A DNA stretch of 64,000 bases, from NCBI GenBank assembly GCA_038065955.1, contig JBBTPY010000001.1, positions 92,061-156,060 on the forward strand. The letters are read 5' to 3'. Source of the DNA: Patescibacteria group bacterium. GTDB lineage: Bacteria > Patescibacteriota > Minisyncoccia > UBA6257 > UBA9933. Of this stretch, positions 31,324 to 41,171 are shown one piece after another. Every line of letters starts with the position of its first letter. Positions within the stretch are counted from its first letter, which is position 1. The notes under the pieces were generated by a model. That model was not told where the DNA came from, ran no database searches, and saw nothing but the letters and a program-made list of their open reading frames with translations. The translations under genes were made by a program, and so were the position numbers.

Positions 31324-32913
31324 TTATTTTTTATTTTTCTTTTTCAGTTTCGGTTTTGACTTTGATTTCGGTTTCTTTTTATTGGACATAATTATTTTAT
31401 AATTTTTAAAACGACCTTTTATTAGTTCATTATTTGATATTTTTAATATTACCATCAAATCCGCCACATTGAAACATTTTTGCTCGGCATATATCAAGTC
31501 GCCGGTTTTTTTGAAGAAATTGAAAGAGTCGTGGTTTTTTAAAAATTCTTCCGGTTTTAATTTTAATTTTTTCGCTTTTTCCAAAGTCAAAGAATCGCCG
31601 ATAGCTCCGGCGGCCTCGGTATTGTCGCGAGCGTCTGAAGTAAAAGAAATAAAAACTGAATCCTGATACAAAGCATTTAACATTTGACATTTGACTAGCG
31701 CACCGAGCACTGCTTCCTGATTGCGCCCGCCTTTGCCCTGAACCGCGCCGAAGGGCTTGCCCTGAACCGCGCCGAAGGGCTTGCCCTGAACCGCGCCGAA
31801 GGGCTTGCCCTGAACCGCGCCGAAGGGCTTGCCCAATTCATAATTCATAATTCCTGCCTGCCCCGTAGCGAACTTGTTCTGCTTCGGGGATTCGTGATTC
31901 AAATTTACAGTCGTTTCTCCGGCAGCGATTAAAACTTCATTTGTCTTAATTTTCGCTATCATTGATGATAGCGCCGCGCTTGCTTCTCCTTCCAGCGCTA
32001 AGGAGTGAATTTTTGATTTAAAACCCAATTCTTCGGCTTTATTCATCATTGCCATAACCGCGTCCTGATTGCAGACAAATAAAATATTGTCAACTTTCTT
32101 AAAATATTTTTGCTCTTTAGGCGTTTCGCTTAAATGAAATTTTCCCGCGTCAATTCCGTATTTTTTCAAAATATTTTCGGCATCAATCTTAGTCGTTTTA
32201 TCAAAGACCGTCGGGCCGGAAGCAACCATTGATAAATCATTGCCGCAAACATCGGAAACAATCAAAGAAACGACTTTTGCCGGATAAGCTTCCATAGTCA
32301 GCCCGCCGCCCTTAAATCTCGCTCCTGACAAATGCTTGCGAACGGCATTAAGCTCTGAAATGGCGGCTCCTGATTTGGTTAATTCTTTAATCGCCGAAAT
32401 TGATTCATTAAGCTCGGATTCGGAAGCGCAAGCCAAAGCCGAACCGCCGCCGCAAATAAAAGTAATGAGTAAATCGTCTTTATTCAAACTTTTCGCCAGT
32501 TTAATGATTTCTTGAGTGGCAATAATATTTTGTTCAGAGGGGAAAGGATGAGTTCCCTTAAAACATCTGACATTTGACTTCTGACCTTTGACAATAAAAA
32601 TATCCAGCGCGATGCCGCGAACCAATTTTTCACCTAAAATTTCAGCCAAATTTGAAACCGCCAAAGCGGAACCCTTCCCGACACCGACAATGAAAATCCG
32701 CTTAAAATCGTTTAAATTAATTTTAAGCGAATTTTTGGCGCTACCGCTCGCGCCAACATATTCAATAATTTCTAAAACGCCGTTTTTTATCTTAATCCGG
32801 TTTTTAATGATTTTTTCAATCTCAATCGCCTCATAACCAGCCTCTGCGATTTGAAGCGTCTTTTTTCTTAAATCATTTTTCGCCAGATTTTTTAAATTAG
32901 TGATTATTGACAT
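31324..32913 (-). CDS. Glycerate 2-kinase (DUF4147/MOFRL) with a composite repeat insert
   Basis: VGVGKG, HPFPS, GGGSAL, KGGGL, SDV, ASGPT, GETTV, GGRNQE. Confidence 0.88.
   Translation of the reverse strand: MSIITNLKNLAKNDLRKKTLQIAEAGYEAIEIEKIIKNRIKIKNGVLEIIEYVGASGSAKNSLKINLNDFKRIFIVGVGKGSALAVSNLAEILGEKLVRGIALDIFIVKGQKSNVRCFKGTHPFPSEQNIIATQEIIKLAKSLNKDDLLITFICGGGSALACASESELNESISAIKELTKSGAAISELNAVRKHLSGARFKGGGLTMEAYPAKVVSLIVSDVCGNDLSMVASGPTVFDKTTKIDAENILKKYGIDAGKFHLSETPKEQKYFKKVDNILFVCNQDAVMAMMNKAEELGFKSKIHSLALEGEASAALSSMIAKIKTNEVLIAAGETTVNLNHESPKQNKFATGQAGIMNYELGKPFGAVQGKPFGAVQGKPFGAVQGKPFGAVQGKGGRNQEAVLGALVKCQMLNALYQDSVFISFTSDARDNTEAAGAIGDSLTLEKAKKLKLKPEEFLKNHDSFNFFKKTGDLIYAEQKCFNVADLMVILKISNNELIKGRFKNYKIIMSNKKKPKSKSKPKLKKKNKK
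31733..31834. repeat. 4 x 24-nt tandem hairpin repeat inside glycerate kinase
   Basis: (TTGCCCTGAACCGCGCCGAAGGGC)x4, encoding (GKPFGAVQ)x4. Confidence 0.95.
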
Positions 32914-32933
32914 TGATTTAATTTAATTTTATC

Positions 32934-33089
32934 TTAGTTTTTCCCCCACAATTTTTTCTCGGATTCTTTTGCCAATCTTTCGGCATTTTCTTTTTCCCAT
33001 TCGCTCCAATCATTTATATTGCCGCCTTCAACCTGATGAGCCGAAGTTGCCGCTCCCCAATAAAAATTCTTCGGAAATTGAAAATTCAT
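32934..33089 (-). pseudogene. N-terminal remnant of a GH1 beta-glycosidase
   Basis: MNFQFPKNFYWGAATSAHQVEGGNINDWSEWE then stop at 51 aa; matches the GH1 N-terminal signature. Confidence 0.8.
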
Positions 33090-33093
33090 AAAT

Positions 33094-33417
33094 TTATCCA
33101 GTTTCTTCTAAAAATATCTTTTTTTCAAAGCCGCCGCGCTCTTGTTTTCTTTCTTCTTTTGTTTTCAAAATTTGATTTTTATTCAAATCAAAAGCTTTTT
33201 CCATGGCTTCAATCACTTCTAAAATATCGCCGATTTCTTTTAATAAATCATTGTTATTTCCCGTTAAAACCACCTCCTGAACTTCTTCAACTAATTTCTT
33301 TTTTAATTCTTTTTTATATTCTTCGTTGTCCAGTATCCTTATTTTCGGCTTTTCGCCATCATTTTCAATAATTTCTGGAATTTTATCTCTTACTAATTTA
33401 TTGTAAATTTTCACCAT
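33094..33417 (-). CDS. MazG-like all-alpha NTP pyrophosphohydrolase
   Basis: YNKLVRDKIPEII...KLVEEVQE...EIGDILEV...RGGF. Confidence 0.88.
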   Translation of the reverse strand: MVKIYNKLVRDKIPEIIENDGEKPKIRILDNEEYKKELKKKLVEEVQEVVLTGNNNDLLKEIGDILEVIEAMEKAFDLNKNQILKTKEERKQERGGFEKKIFLEETG

Positions 33418-33475
33418 AAAATTTTATATTTTTATTCCAAAATTCTTGAGAATATTGGAATAAACTATTATTTTG

Positions 33476-36400
33476 TTAAATCTTCTTTATGCCGAGCCAA
33501 ATTTCTGAATCGTCAATTTTCGTTTCCGATTCAACGGTAAATTTATCTGTTTTCGCGAATTCAATTTTTTTGGCGCCCACTTCGGTTTTAAGATTCTCCA
33601 TATTCTTGCTTATCAATTTTTGAAAATAATCGTCGGCGTGAATATTTAAAATAATCACGTCTTTTGGAATAAAATCGGCTTCTTTGCGCAAATCTTGAAT
33701 GACGCGCGTCAATTCGCGCAATTGTCCTTCAGCTTTTAATTCCGGCGTAATATTTATGTCTAATTCAACATCGCTCGCGATATTTTTGTCAAAAATAATT
33801 TCTTTGACATTCACCTCATCTTTAATCAATTCCAATAATTCTTTATTATTCTTGATACCTAATACTTGATACTTGATACTTATTTTTGCGAGCGGCTGCC
33901 GGACTTTTATGCCCGATTTCTGCCGCGCGTCTAAGCCAAGCGAACAAATTTTCCGCGTTTCCGCCATCATCTCAATCAATTTTTTATCAATTTTCGGTTT
34001 ACCCGCCGAAGTTTTAACGAAGGCGGGCCATTTTTCTAAATGAACTGATTCTATATTTCTAACACCTGACACCTGACACTTGACACTTTGATACAACGTT
34101 TCGCTGATAAACGGCGCAAAAGGCGCGCTCGCTTTTGAAAATTCAGATAAAACAAATCGAGTTGTCGCAATGGCATTTTGCTTATCTCTGCCTTCTGTTT
34201 TAAATCTTTCACGCGAGCGCCTGATATACCAAGTGGATAAATCGTCAATAAATTCTCCAAGCGGCCGGCTGGCTTTATCAAGTTCGTAATTATCCATCGC
34301 CTCGGACACTTCTTTAATTAGTTGTTTAAGCCGCGTCAAAATCCAAATATCCAAAATATTTTTACCTGACACCTGACGCTTGACACTTAACACCTTCTTA
34401 TCCGCGTATAAATCGTAAAATTGATAAACATTCCAAAGACGCATAATTATTTTTTTATAAACCTCATCAACGCCTTTTTCGGAAAAATTCAAATCTTCTC
34501 CGCGCACCGCCGGCGATGACAAAAGATAAAGCCGCAATGCGTCGGCGCCGTATTTTCCAACAATCTCCATCGGGTCCGGATAATTTTTTAGACGCTTGCT
34601 CATCTTTTGGCCGTCTTCGGCAAGAATAATGCCGTTAACAATCACATTTTTATAAGCCGGCTTATTAAACAGCCCCGTTGAAAGAACTAAAAGCGTATAA
34701 AACCAGCCGCGCGTCTGGTCAATGCCCTCGGCGATAAATTCAGCTGGAAATCCGAATTTTTGATTATTCTCAAACGGATAATGCGCCTGTCCGTAAGGCA
34801 TTGAACCGGATTCAAACCAACAGTCAAAAACTTCCGGGACTCGACGCATTTCTCCGCCGCAGGAACAAGTAAATTTCATTTCATCAATATACGGCCGATG
34901 CAAATCAAGCTCATAATTTTGATTATGAGGAAGCGGAATAAAATCCAATTTTTTTACTTCTCCGGTTTTTATAAAATCATCTGATTTATTTATTCGTGTG
35001 TGCCCATTCGTTAAGGCTTTCGCATACTTAATTTCCACGGCTTTTTTCGCATCGGCGCCGACAGTGGCGGCAAAAAACAACCAAATCGGATACTCGTGAG
35101 AAACGATTAAAATATTTTTATTTTGATATTTATTTTCAATTTCATACAAAAATTCCGCGACCCGATTTTTTAATTCCGTAAGATTTTCGCCCTCCGGCGG
35201 CGTTTTATAAAATTTCTCTTCAAGCGGCGCGAAATTCCGGTATTCTTCAATTTTTTTCCCGTCAATAATTCCAGTATTGACCTCTCTTAACCGTTTGTCA
35301 AAAATTATTTTCCCTTCCCAACCGATTGCCTTTACGGCAAGCTCGGCGGTTTCTTTGGCGCGGCGAAAATCAGAGACGAAAATAAAATCAATTTTTTCTT
35401 TTTTTATTTTTTTTGCCACCGCTAAAACCTGTTTTTTCCCTTTTTCCGTAAGAGAAAATTTATCTTTATTTTTAACGCTTGTATTAACGACGCCTAACGT
35501 GTTATTTTCTCCTTCGCCGTGGCGCATCATAAAATATCTGTTGCCGGACTTTTCCGTTTTTCTTTTTATATCATCTAAAGAGCCGATTATTTCCAAATTA
35601 TCACATCTCTCGCATTTCCAAGCCGGCAAAGGCGCTCCCCAAAATCTTGAACGCGAAATCGCCCAATCGCGCGCCCCTTCCAGCCATTTGCCGAAACGGC
35701 CGTCCCTGATGTGTTTTGGTATCCAGTTTATTTTTTTATTATTGGCAATCAGTTTATTTTTTATCTCTTCAACTTTAACGAACCAAGAACTTGCCGCGTA
35801 ATTTAAAAGCGGCGTGTCGCAACGCCAACAATGCGGATAAGAATGGATAATTTTTTCTTTTTTGAAAAGTTTGTTTTCCTTGGCGAGCCATTTAATTATT
35901 TCAATGTCAGTCGCTTGCGAATTTTCTTTCGGTTTTACGGACAATCCGACGAAATCTTTTACTTCCGACTTAAATTTTCCGTCTATCCCAACGTGCTGAA
36001 TAAACGGCAAATTTTCTTTTTTCGCCAAATTCATATCGTCTTCGCCAAAAGCCGGCGCAATATGAACTATACCGGTGCCCTCATTAGTTGTTACAAAATC
36101 ATCGGCGTAAATTTTCCAGCCGTTTTCACAATTTTTTAAATTTTTATCTTCTGCGTAATAATTAAAAAGCGGTTTGTATTTTTTACCGATTAAATCTTTA
36201 CCTTTAATAGGCAATCCAATAAGAGTAGTTTCTCCTTCAAATGGAAATGTTTTTACTAAAAGATTTTCGGCAACAATAAAAAATTCGTTTTTTATTTTTA
36301 CTTTTCCATATTTAATATCCGGATTTACCGCAAGCGCCACGTTCCCCGGTAGCGTCCAAGGAGTTGTCGTCCAAGCTAAAACAAAAGTGTTTGGTTCATC

Positions 36401-37045
36401 TTCTAATTCAAATTTAGCGACAACCGAAATATCGGTTATATCTTTATATCCCTGCGTCACTTCAAAATTCGCCAAAGTTGTTTCGCATCGCGGGCAAAGA
36501 TGCATCGGCTTATATCCCTCATAAATAAGCCCTTTATTAAAAAGCGACTTAAAAACCCACCAGACGGATTCCGTATAAGTCCAATCCATCGTTTTATAAT
36601 CGTTTTCCATGTCAATCCAGCGGCCGACTCGGGGAATTATTTTTTTCCATTCGTCCCTGTATTCCAAAACCGCGCCTTCGGCGGCTTCGTTGAATTTTTC
36701 AATGCCGATTCGCTCTATGTCTTTTTTCGTTTTCAATCCGAGTTTTTTCTCTATTTCATTTTCAATCGGCAAGCCGTGGCAATCCCAGCCCCAACGGCGA
36801 GGAACTTTTTTACCTTTCATCGCCTGATATCTCGGCACCGCGTCTTTTATGATTGACGCTAAAATATGGCCGTAATGCGGCAAGCCGGTGGCAAAAGGCG
36901 GCCCGTCATAAAAAACAAAACCGCCTTTCGGTTTTTTACCGGCGGGCTTTTCAATGGATTTTTCGAAAATCTTATTTTTTTGCCAAAATTTTAAAATTTC
37001 TTCTTCTAATTTATTGATATTAAATTTTTCCCTATTTTCGGACAT
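33476..37045 (-). CDS. ileS: Isoleucyl-tRNA synthetase (type 2) with an inserted histidine-phosphatase domain
   Basis: DGPPFATGLPHYGH, GWDCHGLP, WTTTPWTL, KMSKR; internal MRHGE...RAKETA...LREV...VSHE. Confidence 0.95.
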   Translation of the reverse strand: MSENREKFNINKLEEEILKFWQKNKIFEKSIEKPAGKKPKGGFVFYDGPPFATGLPHYGHILASIIKDAVPRYQAMKGKKVPRRWGWDCHGLPIENEIEKKLGLKTKKDIERIGIEKFNEAAEGAVLEYRDEWKKIIPRVGRWIDMENDYKTMDWTYTESVWWVFKSLFNKGLIYEGYKPMHLCPRCETTLANFEVTQGYKDITDISVVAKFELEDEPNTFVLAWTTTPWTLPGNVALAVNPDIKYGKVKIKNEFFIVAENLLVKTFPFEGETTLIGLPIKGKDLIGKKYKPLFNYYAEDKNLKNCENGWKIYADDFVTTNEGTGIVHIAPAFGEDDMNLAKKENLPFIQHVGIDGKFKSEVKDFVGLSVKPKENSQATDIEIIKWLAKENKLFKKEKIIHSYPHCWRCDTPLLNYAASSWFVKVEEIKNKLIANNKKINWIPKHIRDGRFGKWLEGARDWAISRSRFWGAPLPAWKCERCDNLEIIGSLDDIKRKTEKSGNRYFMMRHGEGENNTLGVVNTSVKNKDKFSLTEKGKKQVLAVAKKIKKEKIDFIFVSDFRRAKETAELAVKAIGWEGKIIFDKRLREVNTGIIDGKKIEEYRNFAPLEEKFYKTPPEGENLTELKNRVAEFLYEIENKYQNKNILIVSHEYPIWLFFAATVGADAKKAVEIKYAKALTNGHTRINKSDDFIKTGEVKKLDFIPLPHNQNYELDLHRPYIDEMKFTCSCGGEMRRVPEVFDCWFESGSMPYGQAHYPFENNQKFGFPAEFIAEGIDQTRGWFYTLLVLSTGLFNKPAYKNVIVNGIILAEDGQKMSKRLKNYPDPMEIVGKYGADALRLYLLSSPAVRGEDLNFSEKGVDEVYKKIIMRLWNVYQFYDLYADKKVLSVKRQVSGKNILDIWILTRLKQLIKEVSEAMDNYELDKASRPLGEFIDDLSTWYIRRSRERFKTEGRDKQNAIATTRFVLSEFSKASAPFAPFISETLYQSVKCQVSGVRNIESVHLEKWPAFVKTSAGKPKIDKKLIEMMAETRKICSLGLDARQKSGIKVRQPLAKISIKYQVLGIKNNKELLELIKDEVNVKEIIFDKNIASDVELDINITPELKAEGQLRELTRVIQDLRKEADFIPKDVIILNIHADDYFQKLISKNMENLKTEVGAKKIEFAKTDKFTVESETKIDDSEIWLGIKKI

Positions 37046-37150
37046 TTTGATATTCTAACATAAAAATTTTTAATAAAAAATGTCTTAATTTATAAAATTT
37101 TCAAAAAAAGAGGGCGAGATTGAATTCTCGCCCATAGTTAAATAACTACC

Positions 37151-38227
37151 TCAGTAATAATATCTGCCGTTCGGCTTACCTGAAGACAAATGGATTAGTA
37201 TTGTTTCCTCGTATTTTTTCACAATATCGGAAAATTCGGAGAAGTCCGTCGTTTCGAAATGCGCCAGCGCTTCATCTATATCGCCGGTTATAATATCCGG
37301 CTCTCCTGTAAAAATTGTATTTTTACAATCTTGACTTCGTCCCATTTGAGGAAAAACAAAAGAAATATCATTAAATCCCGGAATATCATAAGTACGATAT
37401 CGAACGACATTGCACGAACCATTTCCTTTAAATTTCGTCTTTTCCGCGTTAAACCGCGAAATAAAATCCAAATAATTATTGGAAAAATAGAAAGGCGGAC
37501 TTGCGCTTGTCGTGTATGTCCCCTGCATATACGGCTTGCCGTCGTTATCTTTTGCCAACGCAAGCAAATAAACTTCTTCTTTACACCCGACATATACAAA
37601 CGCGCCATGGTCAAGCTCTTTTACGACTTTTTCGTATTTTTCTAACAACTTCCAACGATTTGTTTTAAAAAACCATCTGTTTTTCCACCGAGGAACTTGA
37701 TACGCGGTCGGCCAACTGTCTAAAAACGGAGATATAACGCTGTCAAAATATTTCGGACGCGTTATTTCTCTAAGGCGCGCAGAAATAATCTGATCGCCCG
37801 CAATAATCTCAATAGACTGCATCGGCGTAACTTTGCCGTCAACGCTTTCCGTGGCAAGCGTTATAAAAACGTCTCTTCTCGACGAAGATGGAAGATAAAT
37901 TCCGAATTCTTCGTCCATTTCAAAATCAAGACAATGCGTGCCGTATATGTTGCCCTGATATCTTTTCCATTCGCGATTTTGCCTTTCTTCTATTTTCCGC
38001 CTTTCTTCTTTTGTGCGCGCAAGAAACCAGTTAAATGTCGAAACATATGAATTTCTATTTACTCTGTGACTATTACAATCTAAAACCTCGAAATCGTGGC
38101 CTTCATACTTCAAAAGACAAAATTTATTGCCATTTTGAAGAAGAATATTGCGTCTTTGAGAGCGCTCTACCTGACTTTTAACATAATTGTCAAAATTTTG
38201 AAAAACATCTTTCTGATAATTTTTCAT
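37151..38227 (-). CDS. Hypothetical protein (358 aa)
   Basis: Long clean ORF with SD AAAGGAGAG; no recognised motif. Confidence 0.75.
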   Translation of the reverse strand: MKNYQKDVFQNFDNYVKSQVERSQRRNILLQNGNKFCLLKYEGHDFEVLDCNSHRVNRNSYVSTFNWFLARTKEERRKIEERQNREWKRYQGNIYGTHCLDFEMDEEFGIYLPSSSRRDVFITLATESVDGKVTPMQSIEIIAGDQIISARLREITRPKYFDSVISPFLDSWPTAYQVPRWKNRWFFKTNRWKLLEKYEKVVKELDHGAFVYVGCKEEVYLLALAKDNDGKPYMQGTYTTSASPPFYFSNNYLDFISRFNAEKTKFKGNGSCNVVRYRTYDIPGFNDISFVFPQMGRSQDCKNTIFTGEPDIITGDIDEALAHFETTDFSEFSDIVKKYEETILIHLSSGKPNGRYYY

Positions 38228-38239
38228 CTTCTCCTCCTT

Positions 38240-38500
38240 TCACGCCAAATCCGGCCTTGTAGAATTCAAAAGTATTCTCCGACCGTCTGTATAAATTGTT
38301 ATCGTTCTGTCGCAAAATGGACAATTCTTTTTGAAACTTTTTATTTTTTTCTTCCCTGCCGCTCCGGCCGCCACTTCTCTTAAATAATCTGTTGCCATTT
38401 TTTCAACATCGCCTCCGCTAATAGAAATCAATGCGTCATACTCTTTTTCCGTAATCTCAATTGGAAACTTTACGATTTTATTGTCTGTTTTTTCAATCAT
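38240..38500 (-). CDS. Small hypothetical protein with CPFC motif
   Basis: SD GGAGGG; adjacent to the 358-aa ORF. Confidence 0.65.
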   Translation of the reverse strand: MIEKTDNKIVKFPIEITEKEYDALISISGGDVEKMATDYLREVAAGAAGKKKIKSFKKNCPFCDRTITIYTDGRRILLNSTRPDLA

Positions 38501-38626
38501 TACACCCTCCTTTTTTAATTGGTTTTTATATTTATCCTTATTTGAAAATTTTCAAAAAACTAAAGATTATTAAAACAGAAAATGAAAATTTTTACAAGAG
38601 AATCAACAATGTGTTGAGTTTTGACA

Positions 38627-38668
38627 ATGTCCTCAATTTAACCACATATGTGGGTAAATTGAGGACAT
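38627..38668. repeat. 42-bp palindrome with one mismatch
   Basis: ATGTCCTCAATTTAACCACAT|ATGTGGGTAAATTGAGGACAT. Confidence 0.85.
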
Positions 38669-38691
38669 AATATTTTAATTCGCGCAATAAA

Positions 38692-39105
38692 TTAAAATCT
38701 GGATTTCACCAACTCTACCACCAAATCAACTTCTTCCGGCGAAGTTTTAATAATCAATCCCGCCTCGTCTTCCGACGGCAAAAAATCTCGACCGACAATC
38801 TCGCCGCTTTTCATCCAAATAAGCTCTAAATCCAAATGCGTGTTTTTATTCCAAAAAATCAGCTTTTGAACCGGTTCAAAATAAAAAATCATTCCATCGG
38901 CGCCTTTCAATTCCGTAATTCCCGAAAGCCCGCGCGTTTTTTCAAGCGCGGTTTTTGCCATAAACAAAACATAATCGCGTCCATCTATGTTTAAAACAAC
39001 TTTTTCGGAATTATCCGTTAAATTTGCCTTGCCGATAAATAAAAAAATAATTCCGGCAAAAATGCCTAAAATCATCAATATAATTTTTTTGAAATTTAAC
39101 TTCAT
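38692..39105 (-). CDS. DUF192-family exported protein
   Basis: N-terminal TM; RGLS...DGMIFYF...FWNKNT...LELIW...VVEL. Confidence 0.85.
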   Translation of the reverse strand: MKLNFKKIILMILGIFAGIIFLFIGKANLTDNSEKVVLNIDGRDYVLFMAKTALEKTRGLSGITELKGADGMIFYFEPVQKLIFWNKNTHLDLELIWMKSGEIVGRDFLPSEDEAGLIIKTSPEEVDLVVELVKSRF

Positions 39106-40733
39106 TACATTTTTTTCGGCATACTTACGCCGAGCAGCCCGAATAAATTTTTAAAAATAACTTGCGTCGCTTTTATTAATTCTAAACGCGCCGCCATTAA
39201 ATTCTCTTCTGCGCCCATAATTCTTTCTTTTTCGTAAAAATTATGAAAAGTTTTCGCTAAATCCAAAGAATATCGCGCCAAAATCTGCGGATTATAATTA
39301 TTCGCCGCCTCTTTTATCACTTCCGAAAACCGCGCCAACTGTCTTATTAAATTTAAGTCCTCGTTAGTGCTTAATAAATCAAATTTAATCCTTGACTTTT
39401 GATATTTGACATTTGACTTCCGTAAAATACCACCGCATCTGACCGCCGCATATTGGACATAATAAACCGGATTTTTCATTGAACGCTCTTTCGCTAAAGA
39501 TAAATCAAAATTCATATGCGTATCCGATGAACTCATTAAAAAGAAAAACCTGGTCGCGTCCAAGCCGACTTCCTTGATTAAATCATCAAGCGTAATAAAC
39601 TCACCATTTCTCTTTGACATCTTCACTTCTTTGCCCTCTTTAATTAAGCGAATTAATTGAGTAATAATTACTTTAAATTTTCCGTCACCGTTTTCAAAAA
39701 TACTGAGCGCTTTTAACCCGGCGCGAAGCCGCGGCTCATAGCCGTGATGGTCCGCTCCCCAAATATCAATAACTTGAGTAAATTTCCGAGTTTTAAATTT
39801 ATTTAAATGATAAGCCATGTCCGGCAGAAAATAAGTCGGCTCGCCGCTCGCCCGCACCAACACTCTATCCTCGTTGTCGCCGAAATCTTTAGTCTTCATC
39901 CATAAAGCGCCGCCTTTTTCATAAACCAAATTTTTGCGCTTCAATTCGTCAAGTAATTTTTCAACCGCGCCGTTCTTATACAAACTCTCCTCGCTGAACC
40001 ATTTGTCAAAATTTATTTTCAAACCTTTTTCAATAAATTTTTTGTTGTCTTTTTGAATTTCCCGCGCCAATAAATTACCCGCTTTACCGTAATCCGTAAT
40101 ATTTTTAAGTTTTTCGCCTAAATTCTTAATTATTAATTCTAAATTTTTTGTTTTATAAATATTGCCTTCGCCAAGCGCTGTTTTGCCGAGTTCTTTTATT
40201 TGCGTGCTCGCTTTGGCATCATTGACATAATATTCTTTTACTACTTTATAACCGGCGAATTTCAAAATGTTCGCCAAAACATCGCCGAAAAATCCTCCCC
40301 GGCCATTGCCGATTGTTAACTGCCCGGTGGGATTGGCGGAAATAAACTCTATCTGAACTTTTGACATCTGACCTCTGACAGCTGACTTGCCGTAATTTTG
40401 TTTTTTCTTCAAAATCTCTTTTAATTCGTCTTGTAAAACTTTTTCCGAAATCCAAAAATTGATAAATCCCGGTGTCGCCACTTCAATTTTTTCAAAAAAA
40501 TCCCTTGCTATCATTGATGATAGCGCGGTTTTTATTTCTTCGGCTATTTGCATGGGATTCTTTCCGCGCAATTCCGCGTTTAAATCCGCGTTCTTCCGCG
40601 CTAATGTGGCGAGTTTTAACGCCACATTAGAAGAATAATGCCCAAATTGCTCATTCTCCGGAACGAAAACTTCTATTTCTATTTTTTCTTTAATAACTTT
40701 TTTAAGATAATCGAAAATTTTTGACTTAATCAT
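39105..40733 (-). CDS. argS: Arginyl-tRNA synthetase
   Basis: EFISANPTG, EYYVND, WGADHHGY, KMSKR, NPVYYVQYA. Confidence 0.96.
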   Translation of the reverse strand: MIKSKIFDYLKKVIKEKIEIEVFVPENEQFGHYSSNVALKLATLARKNADLNAELRGKNPMQIAEEIKTALSSMIARDFFEKIEVATPGFINFWISEKVLQDELKEILKKKQNYGKSAVRGQMSKVQIEFISANPTGQLTIGNGRGGFFGDVLANILKFAGYKVVKEYYVNDAKASTQIKELGKTALGEGNIYKTKNLELIIKNLGEKLKNITDYGKAGNLLAREIQKDNKKFIEKGLKINFDKWFSEESLYKNGAVEKLLDELKRKNLVYEKGGALWMKTKDFGDNEDRVLVRASGEPTYFLPDMAYHLNKFKTRKFTQVIDIWGADHHGYEPRLRAGLKALSIFENGDGKFKVIITQLIRLIKEGKEVKMSKRNGEFITLDDLIKEVGLDATRFFFLMSSSDTHMNFDLSLAKERSMKNPVYYVQYAAVRCGGILRKSNVKYQKSRIKFDLLSTNEDLNLIRQLARFSEVIKEAANNYNPQILARYSLDLAKTFHNFYEKERIMGAEENLMAARLELIKATQVIFKNLFGLLGVSMPKKM

Positions 40734-40786
40734 TGTTTTCATTATAATTAACATAGCAATTAAATCAAATTAAATAAGGAGGTTAT

Positions 40787-41059
40787 ATGATAGAAGAATC
40801 AGTAAACCCCCACACCTTACAAGGTGCGGGGATAAATCTGCTTTTTTTAATGCGCCATGGCAATATGTTCGCTTATAAAGAAATGAGAGAATGGCTTATT
40901 AAGAAAAATCTTCTTTCTGAAAACAAGAAAGACGATTTGAAATTTAAAATCATTATTTCTCAACTGAAAAAAGAAGGATTGATAGACAAACGCAATGTTG
41001 ACGGAAGATATTACATAACGCCGAAAGGAAAAATTCTTTTGGAAAAATTAAGAGGGTAA
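40787..41059 (+). CDS. Small winged-helix protein
   Basis: ISQLKKEGLID...YYITPKGKILL wHTH pattern; SD AAGGAGG. Confidence 0.65.
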   Translation: MIEESVNPHTLQGAGINLLFLMRHGNMFAYKEMREWLIKKNLLSENKKDDLKFKIIISQLKKEGLIDKRNVDGRYYITPKGKILLEKLRG

Positions 41060-41105
41060 AATTCATAAAACTTGCCCTCTTTTTTATTTCAGAAACTTTA
41101 AACTA

Positions 41106-41134
41106 TTGACAAAACATTATTATTTTTATTTAAT
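41106..41134 (+). promoter_or_regulatory. Putative promoter of the intergenic RNA
   Basis: TTGACA (41106-41111), 17 bp, TTTAAT (41129-41134). Confidence 0.5.
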
Positions 41135-41171
41135 ACAATCAGAACAAAAAAGTTTATTAAAGAAACAATCC

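Noticed and set aside
31324-31389. Lys-rich tail of glycerate kinase (MSNKKKPKSK...) as a separate peptide
   Set aside because: Only 21 codons of low complexity; cannot be distinguished from a read-through extension.
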